A program made the translations under genes and the position numbers. Below, in pieces: positions 11,784-21,426 of a stretch of 64,000 bases of DNA. The stretch is from an uncultured Rickettsiales bacterium. Lineage in GTDB: Bacteria; Pseudomonadota; Alphaproteobacteria; Rickettsiales; Deianiraeaceae. The notes beneath the pieces were generated by a model that saw only the letters and a list, made by a program, of their open reading frames with translations, was not told the origin of the DNA and did no database searches. Each line of letters opens with the position of its first letter. The stretch's first letter is position 1. The stretch is from assembly GCA_946413485.1 (NCBI GenBank), contig CAMKKS010000001.1, forward strand, positions 4,749 to 68,748, in the 5' to 3' direction.

Positions 11784-13763
11784 TTAAACAGTTTTTTCAA
11801 CTCCGTTTGGATTTGGTAGAACTTTTTCAGTTACATTATCATTATCACCAAAAAATTCTTTCGCTTTATCTTCTGTTTTGCTTACAAATTCATCCACTTT
11901 ATCCTGGCAGCACGAACATGAGCACTGATTAACATTACACCAGTTTGGAACGGCACCGCCATCAGGAAGTGACGGGAATTCAAACAACGGAACTTTAATC
12001 ATATTCGCAAAATCAAGATTTATTGTGATTTTTGGTGGAATCTGATTGATAATTCCTATGATACTGTTTATCATATCTAAAATCGGTCTTAAAAACTTCA
12101 TTATCATGCGTCTGAAAACACTCATCAGCTTGATAACCTTTTTAGCAACAATCTTTGCGATAACTCCAACAACAGCGCTTAAAGACACTTTAGGAACCAT
12201 CGGTAAAAGCTTCGTTAAATCTGGCCATGTGATGTTGAAAGTGAGCATATTCTCAAAATCTTCCCATTGCGGCCAGTGAATTTCGTCAATTTCAAACCAC
12301 GAATCAGGGCTTGTCCAGTCACACTTACACTTATGTTGAGATTTATTCTTTGCTTCGCCGTTCGGGTTTCGAGGTTCAACAGTTATTGGTCCGTTAATGC
12401 TTTCAGTTAAAAACTCAATTTCAGACTCATCAATATCACCAAACGAATCAATATGCTCTTTTACGAAATCATTTAAAAGTGATTTTTTAATTTCTTTAGT
12501 TTTATTATATAAAAAACCATTAAATTCGTTTACTTTTTTCTGAACTGCTTCGAACTCTGTTTTTCTCTCTTCTGTGTTTTCTATACTTTTTAATCTGCTA
12601 AAATCAGATTGAAGCTCAGAAACGAATTCTTTGCCTGTTTCGTTTAGAGACTCATTTAAGCTTGATGTTACAGAACCGGCAGAATAAGAATTGACAAAAT
12701 CTTTAGCCATCATAAAGTTCGAACACATAGTTAAACCGTTTAAAGCGGCAATTCCGTTAACATCTAACCTTGTGTTAACATTACACGAGTTTCCGTGAAT
12801 TGAAACATCGCCTGTTCTTGAAGCTAAAACAGCAGAATTTCCTAATTCCAACGAACCATTGTTACACTGAGCAACCAGCTTGTCTTTAGCTTCAATTAAA
12901 CCGCCGCCTGAAGCTAAAATATTAAGTTCTTTCTTACATTCAGCTTTAAAACAGCCTTTATTAGCATGAATAAGAAAATCACCGTCTTGAGACTGTAAGA
13001 CATTAGAATCTTTTGAAGACATTTCAATCTTTTTATCCGAAAGAACTCCGAAATTCCCTTGTGATTTAAAGGAAATATCTTTTTCAGAATTGACTGTTAT
13101 TTGATCTTTTGCGGATAAGTCGATATGACCTGTTCTTGCTCTGAATGTGATATTTTCAAACGCGTCAAAATTGATATTATCAGCTGCGATTGTTATTCCA
13201 CCGAACCGGTCAAATTTTATCGTTGAATGACCTGTGCTGTGAGTGATTGTTATCTCGTTAGAGCCTAAAGAATCATCAAACATTATCTTGTGACCAGAAG
13301 GGGTTTCAATCACAGAAGATGTAAGATATTTCCCTTCGTGAATCTCTTTATCAATTCCTTTAACTTTATGTTTTAAATGAGAGCCTGATGTTTGAAAAAC
13401 ATTCTCTTTAGGAATTGCTTCTGTTGAAACATCAGAAGATCCTTTACGTTTTTCAAACGGTGGTTTTGAATCGAAAAAATCTGTATGCTCTTCAGTTCCG
13501 CCGACCATTACGCCTAAAACTATCGGATGCCAGAAGTCAGAATCAAATTTAACCCATACCCCAGTTCCTTTCTGTAGAACAGCAAAGCTTCCGGTCCCAC
13601 CGAAAAGACCGAACATCGACGGATAAATCACTTCTGCCCATGGCAGAGTATCATCAGAAAAATTATCGTGAACACCGTCAACTCTGATTTTAACTCTACC
13701 ACGACGAAATTCGTCATTATTGTCAACGACGATGCCTGAATAAAACTTATCTTCAAACTGCAT
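11784..13763 (-). CDS. baseplate central spike (T4 gp5-like OB fold + beta-helix, no lysozyme domain) with long C-terminal extension
   Basis: SGIVVDNNDEFRRGRVKIRVDGVH..LPWAEVIYP..GVWVKF..IVLGV parallels T4 gp5 VGVVEDRMDPLKLGRVRVRVVGLH..LPWMSVIQP; then repetitive beta-strand segment; last 300 aa = coiled coil, KCKCDW, hydrophobic 60-aa stretch, CSCSCC. Confidence 0.75.
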   Translation of the reverse strand: MQFEDKFYSGIVVDNNDEFRRGRVKIRVDGVHDNFSDDTLPWAEVIYPSMFGLFGGTGSFAVLQKGTGVWVKFDSDFWHPIVLGVMVGGTEEHTDFFDSKPPFEKRKGSSDVSTEAIPKENVFQTSGSHLKHKVKGIDKEIHEGKYLTSSVIETPSGHKIMFDDSLGSNEITITHSTGHSTIKFDRFGGITIAADNINFDAFENITFRARTGHIDLSAKDQITVNSEKDISFKSQGNFGVLSDKKIEMSSKDSNVLQSQDGDFLIHANKGCFKAECKKELNILASGGGLIEAKDKLVAQCNNGSLELGNSAVLASRTGDVSIHGNSCNVNTRLDVNGIAALNGLTMCSNFMMAKDFVNSYSAGSVTSSLNESLNETGKEFVSELQSDFSRLKSIENTEERKTEFEAVQKKVNEFNGFLYNKTKEIKKSLLNDFVKEHIDSFGDIDESEIEFLTESINGPITVEPRNPNGEAKNKSQHKCKCDWTSPDSWFEIDEIHWPQWEDFENMLTFNITWPDLTKLLPMVPKVSLSAVVGVIAKIVAKKVIKLMSVFRRMIMKFLRPILDMINSIIGIINQIPPKITINLDFANMIKVPLFEFPSLPDGGAVPNWCNVNQCSCSCCQDKVDEFVSKTEDKAKEFFGDNDNVTEKVLPNPNGVEKTV

Positions 13764-13764
13764 T

Positions 13765-15645
13765 TTAGGAATTCCTTAAGTCTTCTCTGATTTTCTTTAA
13801 CTGTTCTTCTTTATAATGTTTTTTATTTTCTAAGTTTTCTATATTAGAAACAAAGATAGAATTAGAAGAAACAAACGAATAATCAGGTTTATTGAAATTT
13901 TTTATTGCGTTATTGATGTTTTCAATATCGATATTAATTTGAGTTATCTGATTTTTAATTCTTTGAACTTCTCTGTCTTTTTCTTCAGAATCAAAAAATG
14001 TTATTGTATCTTTTAAAGAATCTAAAAATTCATTAAAAGCATATTCATAAATCATTTTATCAAATTTTAAAATGTTTCTTAATTGAGTATAATTATTTTT
14101 AACAATTAAAATTGAATCTCTAACGTTTCTTAAAGCATTATGAACATTCGATAATGTTTCTCTGAAATTATTTAATCCCTGTGAAATAAAAGATACTAAA
14201 GAATTACATTCAAAAATACTGTTATTACAGAATTTTATAGAATTCTTAAGATTATTAAATGTAGTTTTAAATTCTTTTGAAATTGATTTAACAGGATTTG
14301 AAATATCAAAAGAATTGAAATTTTCAGGATTTGTATTTTTTGATGTAATAATATCAGGGTCCTTCTTAACTGAAACATCTTTAGGATTATCGAATCTTGT
14401 TAAAAATAATCTTGTAATAATATTTTGCGGCGCTCTGTAATTAAAAGTACAGTTCGAGACAAACCACAAACCAGATAAGTTTTTATCACCTTCTGTCTGT
14501 TTTTCAGCCGATGCTGTGTTGTAAGAAAAATCGGTTTTAACAATCATTCCAGGTTTAAATTCTAATCCGCCTGAAAGATAAACACAAATACTTTTAGAGT
14601 TTATTAAACCTATTCCTTTTCCGAAGATTTTTTCATAATATATTGAAGATAAAAGTCTGTTTGAAGTTCCTGAAATATTTTCGTATTTTTCAGAAAGAAA
14701 ATTTTTATAATCTTCAGGATTATTATTTAATAAAACACAAGAATATAAAGTATTTTCATTTAGTTTAACAACTTTTTTATTTTTACCTACAACATAACTG
14801 ATTTGATAGTTGTTTCTGTCTAAAAGATTAGAATTATCCTTGCCGATTATATAATCGGCAATATAGTATCTTGAAGAGTTAGGAATTCTGTCACTTAAAA
14901 GACTGTCGAATTTATCGAATCTCGATAAAACCGGATGCTGAATCACATGAAAACCTTCAAAATCCTGATAAATCTTAATGTTAAATTTTTTACAATATTC
15001 TTTTAACATAAAGATGGGTGTTTCGTTAATAAATTTAAAATTATTAAATTCATTTTGAACAGTTGAAATTTTAAGATCTTCTGAAATTTCAGATAAACCG
15101 TATTTTTCAGTGTCGTTTTCAACTTTGATATCATCAGGATATTTTGAACATTTTATAATATCTTTTAAAAATTCGCAGACATTTTCAACGGGTGAAAAAT
15201 CATAAACTTTGTTATAAATTTCAGCATAAGATTTTTTAGAAGCTTCTAAAAATTCAAAACCATGAATATCACAGCAGAAAACATTATAAAAAATACCGTC
15301 GTTACTTTGAACTTCAGATTTTTTTAATTCTGTTATAAAGAATTTTCTCGAAATTTTTTTATTTGTTATGTTTTCTATTAAAGATATTTCAAGAATTAAA
15401 TCTTTATAATTATTCTCAGGATTTTTATAACCTAATTTTTCAAATAATGAATTGTGAGCTTTAAAAGCACAAAGAATAAAAGGCTGAACATAACTTTGAG
15501 TAAAATCGATAGAAGGGATAATCTCACCGGTATTGATAAACTGATTATCAACTTGCAGTGGCTGTGTTTGTGATTTTGTTATTAAGGAAATACTTAAAGT
15601 TCCCTTTCTACCTGAATTTTTTAAAAGTTCGTTAAAACTACTCAT
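13765..15645 (-). CDS. virion structural protein, possibly baseplate hub (gp27-like by position)
   Basis: 626 aa, 1 nt from spike gene and overlapping upstream gene; assignment by synteny only. Confidence 0.35.
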   Translation of the reverse strand: MSSFNELLKNSGRKGTLSISLITKSQTQPLQVDNQFINTGEIIPSIDFTQSYVQPFILCAFKAHNSLFEKLGYKNPENNYKDLILEISLIENITNKKISRKFFITELKKSEVQSNDGIFYNVFCCDIHGFEFLEASKKSYAEIYNKVYDFSPVENVCEFLKDIIKCSKYPDDIKVENDTEKYGLSEISEDLKISTVQNEFNNFKFINETPIFMLKEYCKKFNIKIYQDFEGFHVIQHPVLSRFDKFDSLLSDRIPNSSRYYIADYIIGKDNSNLLDRNNYQISYVVGKNKKVVKLNENTLYSCVLLNNNPEDYKNFLSEKYENISGTSNRLLSSIYYEKIFGKGIGLINSKSICVYLSGGLEFKPGMIVKTDFSYNTASAEKQTEGDKNLSGLWFVSNCTFNYRAPQNIITRLFLTRFDNPKDVSVKKDPDIITSKNTNPENFNSFDISNPVKSISKEFKTTFNNLKNSIKFCNNSIFECNSLVSFISQGLNNFRETLSNVHNALRNVRDSILIVKNNYTQLRNILKFDKMIYEYAFNEFLDSLKDTITFFDSEEKDREVQRIKNQITQINIDIENINNAIKNFNKPDYSFVSSNSIFVSNIENLENKKHYKEEQLKKIREDLRNS

Positions 15646-16153
15646 CTAAAATCTCTATATTATTTTGATACTTTTCAACAATTTCATTTATATCGGAAAT
15701 TACTTCAGGTATTAAGTTAACATCAATTACTTTTAAATATTGAAATTTAAGGTTTTTTGAATTATAAAAAATATCTAATTTATTATAAAGATCTTTATAA
15801 GAACGATCTGATAATTTTTTATAAGGGTCATTAAAGACTTTCTGTTTATAATTTTCGATATCGGCATCAATTGCATCTAAAATGATATCGTTTTCATAAG
15901 GCATATCATAAATCATATCTCGATTATTTAAGATTAAAATAATATCGTAATAATTAGTGTTTTTATAATAATCAAAACATAATTTTTCAATTTTAGCGCC
16001 TTGCTCAACTTTGAGATATTTAAAATAATTTGACGGTAAAGAATTTAAATATACTTTTATTTTATTTTTACAAATAGAATTGTAGTCGAAAATTTTTAAA
16101 ATTTTCAACCCGTTGTAAATTTCAAAATTGAGGTAATTTAAAGTTTTGTCCAT
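15638..16153 (-). CDS. hypothetical (structural operon)
   Basis: 171-aa ORF overlapping the next gene by 8 nt. Confidence 0.45.
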   Translation of the reverse strand: MDKTLNYLNFEIYNGLKILKIFDYNSICKNKIKVYLNSLPSNYFKYLKVEQGAKIEKLCFDYYKNTNYYDIILILNNRDMIYDMPYENDIILDAIDADIENYKQKVFNDPYKKLSDRSYKDLYNKLDIFYNSKNLKFQYLKVIDVNLIPEVISDINEIVEKYQNNIEILDE

Positions 16154-16175
16154 TTTATCTATAATAACTTACATT

Positions 16176-17561
16176 TTATCTATGAAGATTTGGAATCCCT
16201 TGTGAGTTTGTTGTAGGAATGCTTGTTGTAGGAATCCCTTGTGAGTTTGTTGTAGGAATGCTTGTTGTTTTTCCATTACCCATGAGCGTTCCGGCAACAG
16301 CTCCAAAACCTTTAAAGAGAGCAGACTTGTTTTTTATCGATGCTTCAAGAGCTTGTTGAGCTTGCTTAGCTAGATCTTCCAGTCTCTTTCTGTTCTTTTC
16401 TGCTTGCTCCTTTTGTTTTTGTTTTTCTTCTGCTTCTTTTTGTTCTTTTTGTTTTTGAGCTTTAATGGCGTTGTCGTGATTTTCTACAATATTGTTATAC
16501 TCATCAGAATTTGCTTTATCGTTAGTAGTAAACGGTGTTTCAAAATCATTTTCATATTTTAATTTTATTTCCGCAAATGACAAAGACAATTCCATGATTT
16601 TAGGAATACCGTCAGAAAAAACTTCCATCTTTGAGGATCCGAAGGAAATACCAACTTTATTGCAGACAAGTTCTGTCATTTTCGTAAGATTATTTAAATG
16701 ATTATTTCCTAAAACAATTTTCCAATAATGCGGTTGTTTTATTGCACCTACGAATGATTGAGCTAATGAAAGACTTTGTAAAGTATTCTTTTGTTTATCT
16801 TCTAAAAAATCTTTTAATTTACCTCCAAAATTACCTATTTGTTCTGTAGCGTCTTTCCTACCTATAATTTCCTCACTTCCTGTAGATGTACTATTATTGT
16901 TCTTATCGTCACCGAAAATACTGTTAATTGAGCTTGAAAAAGAACCGGTTTCAGAAACATTTTCTAATCTAGGTGAAGAGAGCATTTTAAAAACTCTCAA
17001 AATATTTAAAACTTCAGTTGCTTCTTCTCTTGATCGTGGTTGAAAAACGTACTTAAATTCAAAGGTTCTCGGTTCTGACCCTGTGTAATTCTGCCAATAA
17101 TCAGGATTAACAAGTGTTTTTCTTGCTCCTGAGAACATCGACATCAAACCTACTGATGGAGACTTACCAGCATTTAAAAATCCGGTTACAACTTTTGACA
17201 AACTCAAAGTTCCGATTAACGGTGCAGCAATTCCTTGAATTGATTTAAAAATTGAGCTTAAAGCAGCAACACCAATCATTGCGTCAGTTGCAGACTGTGC
17301 GCCGGCATCTAAAGATTCTAAAGTATCTTTCTTTTCCCAAGTATGAACAAGATCATCACCGAATTGTTCAGGCATCGGTAATGTAATAATCGCTTTTAAA
17401 TTAGAGACGGTATCTGTCGTATTTAATAATCCAGCGTTTTTCTTTTCAGCTGTGCTTGCTTTCATACCACCGAAATCACGGTTTAATGTTTCGTAAGCAA
17501 GAAAATAGATTTTCTTAAATTCTTCAGATAAATCTCTAGGGAATTGATATTTACTAATCAT
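16176..17561 (-). CDS. virion structural protein (possibly gp48/gp54-like tube-baseplate junction)
   Basis: 461 aa; ..YTGSEPRTFEFKYVFQPRSREEATEVLNILRVFK.. reminiscent of T4 tail-tube cap family; lysine/glutamate coiled coil; C-terminal 13-aa tandem repeat TTSIPTTNSQGIP x2. Confidence 0.3.
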   Translation of the reverse strand: MISKYQFPRDLSEEFKKIYFLAYETLNRDFGGMKASTAEKKNAGLLNTTDTVSNLKAIITLPMPEQFGDDLVHTWEKKDTLESLDAGAQSATDAMIGVAALSSIFKSIQGIAAPLIGTLSLSKVVTGFLNAGKSPSVGLMSMFSGARKTLVNPDYWQNYTGSEPRTFEFKYVFQPRSREEATEVLNILRVFKMLSSPRLENVSETGSFSSSINSIFGDDKNNNSTSTGSEEIIGRKDATEQIGNFGGKLKDFLEDKQKNTLQSLSLAQSFVGAIKQPHYWKIVLGNNHLNNLTKMTELVCNKVGISFGSSKMEVFSDGIPKIMELSLSFAEIKLKYENDFETPFTTNDKANSDEYNNIVENHDNAIKAQKQKEQKEAEEKQKQKEQAEKNRKRLEDLAKQAQQALEASIKNKSALFKGFGAVAGTLMGNGKTTSIPTTNSQGIPTTSIPTTNSQGIPNLHR

Positions 17562-17923
17562 AAAAACATCTGATCAATTTCGGGTTCTGAAATAGGTTCA
17601 GAATCGAAAATTTCCACTCTTTCTATTAGCTCTTCAATAGCTGTTTTATTTTCATTAACTAAACTAAGAATTTCAGAAACATCATAACCGCCTTGACCAG
17701 GTTGAATATTATTTATTCTCGCTGTGAGCTGTTGAATTGTTTCTTTATTTTCATTAGCAATCTGTAAAATTTCGGATATCGCTTGTGATTTTTCAACTTT
17801 ATCAGCATCTTCACCATCGGAAAAATTTTGAAGCTGCTTTTTGATTAATTCCCAAGCTTTTTTCCTTCCGATGGAATTAAAGAACCCATCTAAAATTATA
17901 AGTTGAGCAGAATCAAGAGCCAT
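17558..17923 (-). CDS. hypothetical protein with internal duplication
   Basis: 121 aa; ISEILQIANENKETIQQLTARINNI / VSEILSLVNENKTAIEELIERVEIF; ATGA-type overlap with the downstream gene. Confidence 0.5.
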   Translation of the reverse strand: MALDSAQLIILDGFFNSIGRKKAWELIKKQLQNFSDGEDADKVEKSQAISEILQIANENKETIQQLTARINNIQPGQGGYDVSEILSLVNENKTAIEELIERVEIFDSEPISEPEIDQMFL

Positions 17924-17944
17924 TTTTAAAAATCCTTTTTATTA

Positions 17945-17952
17945 TATTTATA
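17945..17952 (-). promoter_or_regulatory. T4-type late promoter box TATAAATA
   Basis: 22 nt upstream of ATG 17923. Confidence 0.4.
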
Positions 17953-18868
17953 TATTATTTAAAAGATTTTTAAAATTTTCTTTTAAATAAGAAGGAATAT
18001 AAACTTTATTCGGACCGTAAGTTGAAACAGGTTTTGAACCTGCTGAAAAATCATTTTCGTTATATAATTCTAAACCTAAAATAATCCAAAATAAACCATA
18101 ATATTGAGTAAGATAAATCATCGCAGCAATTGACTCAATAGAATTTTCTTCTGAAATAAAATCATATTCATTGTCTGAATTTTGAACAGTTTCAACCCTG
18201 TCTCCGTTGATTGTTCTTACTAAAACTTTCTTAACTGGTTTAGGAACTTTCGTTATTAACGGGTCTGTTCCTATCACTTCACCGCGATTTTCAAAAATAT
18301 CTAACATATCATCAATTTCAGAATAGTTGTTTTCCATGTAATCAATAGCATCTTTAATATTCTGAAGTTCTTTCTCTCTTTTTAAATTTATTTGAGTAAT
18401 CCAAGCTTCAATTAAATGATTTTTTAAAACAGGGATTTGTTGAGCACCTGAATTTGTTGTTGAAGCTATATACCAGTTTCTTAAAAATGTTTCGTTTGAT
18501 GTGTTCATAATTGTAGCAAAATCAAAACACCCGTTTGTGGTTATTAAAGACCAGTTCTGCATCCAGTAAAGCTCGGGAACATCGGAAATATAAATCCCTA
18601 AATAATCATCATTCTCACATTTTTGATATCTTGCGTCTTTAAACCACATGTAAGTTTTTAAAAGCTCATGAATCTGTTTAGCGATTTTACCTTTATCTTT
18701 GTTTATATAATTATAAAAAGCTGTTTTAACAGATTGAACTTCATAATTCATTGTACTAGAAGTACTATATCCAAAAGTATTATAAGAAACAGGTAAAATA
18801 TAATTATTTTTAGAATATTCTAAAAGAGAATTTAATTTATTAAAAATTTGAGATCTTGAATAAAGCAT
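17948..18868 (-). CDS. hypothetical protein
   Basis: 306-aa ORF; cATAAATA box upstream. Confidence 0.55.
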   Translation of the reverse strand: MLYSRSQIFNKLNSLLEYSKNNYILPVSYNTFGYSTSSTMNYEVQSVKTAFYNYINKDKGKIAKQIHELLKTYMWFKDARYQKCENDDYLGIYISDVPELYWMQNWSLITTNGCFDFATIMNTSNETFLRNWYIASTTNSGAQQIPVLKNHLIEAWITQINLKREKELQNIKDAIDYMENNYSEIDDMLDIFENRGEVIGTDPLITKVPKPVKKVLVRTINGDRVETVQNSDNEYDFISEENSIESIAAMIYLTQYYGLFWIILGLELYNENDFSAGSKPVSTYGPNKVYIPSYLKENFKNLLNNI

Positions 18869-18925
18869 TTTAAAAATTCCATTTTTTAAACTATTTATGA
18901 TAAATAATTTTTAAGGGGAACAAAA

Positions 18926-19150
18926 ATGAAAACAATTAAAGATGCTTTAAAAGATACTGTAAAATCAGTTAAATTGATAAAGATAGATTTTCAAGGGAAT
19001 TTTAAAATAATCAAAACCTTTGAAAATCTAAATGATTATGAAATTTTTATTAAAACAACTAAAAAATATTTAGATAAAAAATTCATAATAGAAAAATATT
19101 TTTATGAAAACGATAATTTAGTTTGTCAAATATTTTTTAAAGATGTTTAA
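18926..19150 (+). CDS. hypothetical small protein
   Basis: 74 aa, AAGGGG SD 7 nt upstream. Confidence 0.5.
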   Translation: MKTIKDALKDTVKSVKLIKIDFQGNFKIIKTFENLNDYEIFIKTTKKYLDKKFIIEKYFYENDNLVCQIFFKDV

Positions 19151-19341
19151 GTTGCCCAGACATTTAAAATCGGTTGTATTCGTCCTTTTACTGCTTCTAA
19201 AGTCATTTGAATTTTAACAATATTTAAATATTCTAAAATATTTGAATTTTTTAATTGTTTAACTTCAGCATCACAACCAGGAACGAAAACTCTTACATTT
19301 TGATTTTCGTCAAGAGTTTCCTTTAAATCTTTAAAAATCAT
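19147..19341 (-). CDS. hypothetical small protein, translationally coupled to clamp loader
   Basis: Start moved to MIFKDLKETLDE..; ATGA overlap (19341-19338) with the stop of 19338-20243. Confidence 0.45.
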   Translation of the reverse strand: MIFKDLKETLDENQNVRVFVPGCDAEVKQLKNSNILEYLNIVKIQMTLEAVKGRIQPILNVWAT

Positions 19342-20243
19342 AAACACCCCATTAATTCGACAAGACAAGCTGATAGATTAAGATTTTTATCTCTCACAGT
19401 TTCCGCTTTAAACTGATAATCAGCCAACTTAATAATCGCATTTGGAATATTTTTAAAATCTTCTATATTATTATATAAAAACTCAAACATTCCATCAGGA
19501 TTATTTAAAGTATTTACTTTTTTAACAACATCAAGATACTTCTTTTGTTTTAAAGTTTCAAAAATATCTCCAAAATCCGAATATTCCTGTCTGAATTCAA
19601 AATTTCCGTTTGAAACACATTTTTGAAGATCTCGAACCATCGAACGAATACATGGAAAATAAAATTTAATCATATTCGCTAACGAGATTTTTGTTTCGTT
19701 TGTTACTTCAACTTTTTCAGACTCTAAAATATAAATAAGCCTGTCAAAGATAGGTTTAATCATTTCGGTTTTATCAAAATCACAAAAATCGTAATTTTCT
19801 AATCTATCTAAAAGAGGTTCGATAATTTTAGATTTATAATTTCCTGTGAAAATAAAAGAACAGTTACATGAGAATTCGTCCAAAAATCCACGTGCTGCTT
19901 GCTGAAAATCCTTCCCTAAATTATCACATTCATCAAGTACAACAATTTTTGTCCTATCATCAAAAGATTCTTGAGAAGCAAAATTAAAAATTTTCGTTCT
20001 TAAAACGTCAATTCCTTTTTCTAACGAAGCATTCAAAAACATTGCGTCTGCATCTAAAGATTTGATTAAAGCTCTTGCTGTCGAGGTTTTTCCTAACCCT
20101 GGTTTTGCTGACCAAAATCCAAAATTAGGAAGTTTTTGATTTTTAACACATTCTAAAAGTCGATTTTTAAATTTTGACGGCAAAATAACGTCTTCGACAA
20201 CTTTAGGGGCATATTTTTCAAACCAAATTGAATTCTCAATCAT
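19338..20243 (-). CDS. sliding-clamp loader large subunit (T4 gp44 / RFC-like AAA+)
   Basis: WFEKYAPKVVEDVILP, P-loop KPGLGKTSTARAL, Walker B VVLDECDNL, FIFTGNY..IIEPLLDR; parallels T4 gp44 (EQKYRPSTIDECILP; SPGTGKTTVAKAL; IVIDEFD). Confidence 0.85.
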   Translation of the reverse strand: MIENSIWFEKYAPKVVEDVILPSKFKNRLLECVKNQKLPNFGFWSAKPGLGKTSTARALIKSLDADAMFLNASLEKGIDVLRTKIFNFASQESFDDRTKIVVLDECDNLGKDFQQAARGFLDEFSCNCSFIFTGNYKSKIIEPLLDRLENYDFCDFDKTEMIKPIFDRLIYILESEKVEVTNETKISLANMIKFYFPCIRSMVRDLQKCVSNGNFEFRQEYSDFGDIFETLKQKKYLDVVKKVNTLNNPDGMFEFLYNNIEDFKNIPNAIIKLADYQFKAETVRDKNLNLSACLVELMGCL

Positions 20244-20262
20244 TTTTAATCCTTAAAAATTT

Positions 20263-20284
20263 AAAAAAGGCACCGAAGTGCCTT
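20263..20284 (-). terminator. rho-independent terminator
   Basis: GGCAC-TTCG-GTGCC followed by TTTTTT on the minus strand, after the stop of 20311-20520. Confidence 0.65.
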
Positions 20285-20310
20285 AAAAGGAGGAACAACA
20301 TGAATAAAAC

Positions 20311-20520
20311 TTAAATCTTTATAGTGAAATCTACAATATAACCGCAATCTTTAGCTTCTGTAAATTTTACATCTACAATCTCTTTCTTTCCGTAAATCTC
20401 TTTTAAGAGTTTTAAAGAATAATCTCTTGACATTAACGGATAACCGTATTCGTCTCTTACAATCCATTTAACAAAAGAATTATTGTCTTTGTTATCTTTA
20501 ATCCATTTATTGATATTCAT
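20311..20520 (-). CDS. hypothetical small protein
   Basis: 69-aa ORF behind an early promoter cassette. Confidence 0.55.
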   Translation of the reverse strand: MNINKWIKDNKDNNSFVKWIVRDEYGYPLMSRDYSLKLLKEIYGKKEIVDVKFTEAKDCGYIVDFTIKI

Positions 20521-20565
20521 AATCTTTTCCTTACATTTCGTTAAATCATTCTTGACTATGATTAT

Positions 20566-20593
20566 ATTATACCATAATTTAAAGATTTGTAAA
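20566..20593 (-). promoter_or_regulatory. sigma70-type promoter TTTACA-N16-TATAAT
   Basis: TTTACA 20593-20588, TATAAT 20571-20566; leader ATAATCATAGTCAAGAATGATT. Confidence 0.6.
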
Positions 20594-20620
20594 TAGTTTT
20601 TTTAAAATTTTTTAATTTTT

Positions 20621-20911
20621 TTAAAGATCGGATTTTCTAGTTCCTATCCAACCTTCAACAGCTACAAAGAGAATTCTTAAATCCTTCTCCTCTTTGTTAT
20701 ACTCAACTCTAAATCCGCCACTCTCAATAAATTCGTGTTTTTCTTCTAAAAGAGTTTTAATTAAAGACCTTACAAATTTTTTAAGATTATCAATAGTTAA
20801 AGAAAAATTAGCATATTTCCAACCTAAAAGTTTTTGAATTTTTAAAACTTTTTTAAAATCAAACTCTTCAAGAGCTTTATCTGTGATTTTTTCAATTTTT
20901 TCCTTTTTCAT
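20621..20911 (-). CDS. hypothetical protein, paralogue of 8724-9002
   Basis: See 8724-9002. Confidence 0.55.
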   Translation of the reverse strand: MKKEKIEKITDKALEEFDFKKVLKIQKLLGWKYANFSLTIDNLKKFVRSLIKTLLEEKHEFIESGGFRVEYNKEEKDLRILFVAVEGWIGTRKSDL

Positions 20912-20975
20912 TTTAAAATCCTTTAAATTTTAAAAATTATTAAAAGTAACAAAAGAAGTTCTAAAATAAATAACA

Positions 20976-21134
20976 TCATTTTTTAATAAAATAACATTCT
21001 GTTGTAGTTAAAACTTTACACTCAACTTTATAATCTTCAATAACTGAGATTTTACCTTCGGAAAATCCGAATTTAAAGAAAATTATAAAGAGTATTACTA
21101 TAATAACATATAAAATATAATCGTTAATTTTCAT
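20976..21134 (-). CDS. small single-pass membrane protein (not in ORF track)
   Basis: ATG 21134; MKINDYILYVIIVILFIIFFKFGFSEGKISVIEDYKVECKVLTTTECYFIKK (52 aa); overlaps the stop of 21124-21426 by 11 nt. Confidence 0.4.
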   Translation of the reverse strand: MKINDYILYVIIVILFIIFFKFGFSEGKISVIEDYKVECKVLTTTECYFIKK

Positions 21135-21426
21135 AAGTTAATGAACCCATCTCTTCTTCGAGATATTTTAAAATCTCTTCAACTTTTGAATTTTTATTTA
21201 TTTTATCATTTGAAGTGATTTTCATATCACCAATTCCAGCAAAAATCTCTTCACATCTAGCAATTCTATTAAAATCGCTAAAAGTCTTTTTCTTCTTTGA
21301 AATGAGATTTTGATGTTTCTCTCTCAAAACCCCTAAAACATCATCAAGCTTATAATCTTTAAGCCCAAAAAGATAGTTATATGTTTCGTACCATCTTTGA
21401 AATAAGTGTCTATCTACGTTATTCAT
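21124..21426 (-). CDS. hypothetical protein
   Basis: 100-aa ORF abutting 21427-21729. Confidence 0.55.
   Translation of the reverse strand: MNNVDRHLFQRWYETYNYLFGLKDYKLDDVLGVLREKHQNLISKKKKTFSDFNRIARCEEIFAGIGDMKITSNDKINKNSKVEEILKYLEEEMGSLTYEN

Noticed and set aside
11784-13763. Lysozyme domain inside the gp5-like spike, as in T4 gp5.
   Set aside because: No lysozyme-like catalytic block (T4: ..[21 protein letters not shown]..) is present between the OB-fold and the beta-helix region. The only muralytic enzyme seen is the GH19 endolysin.
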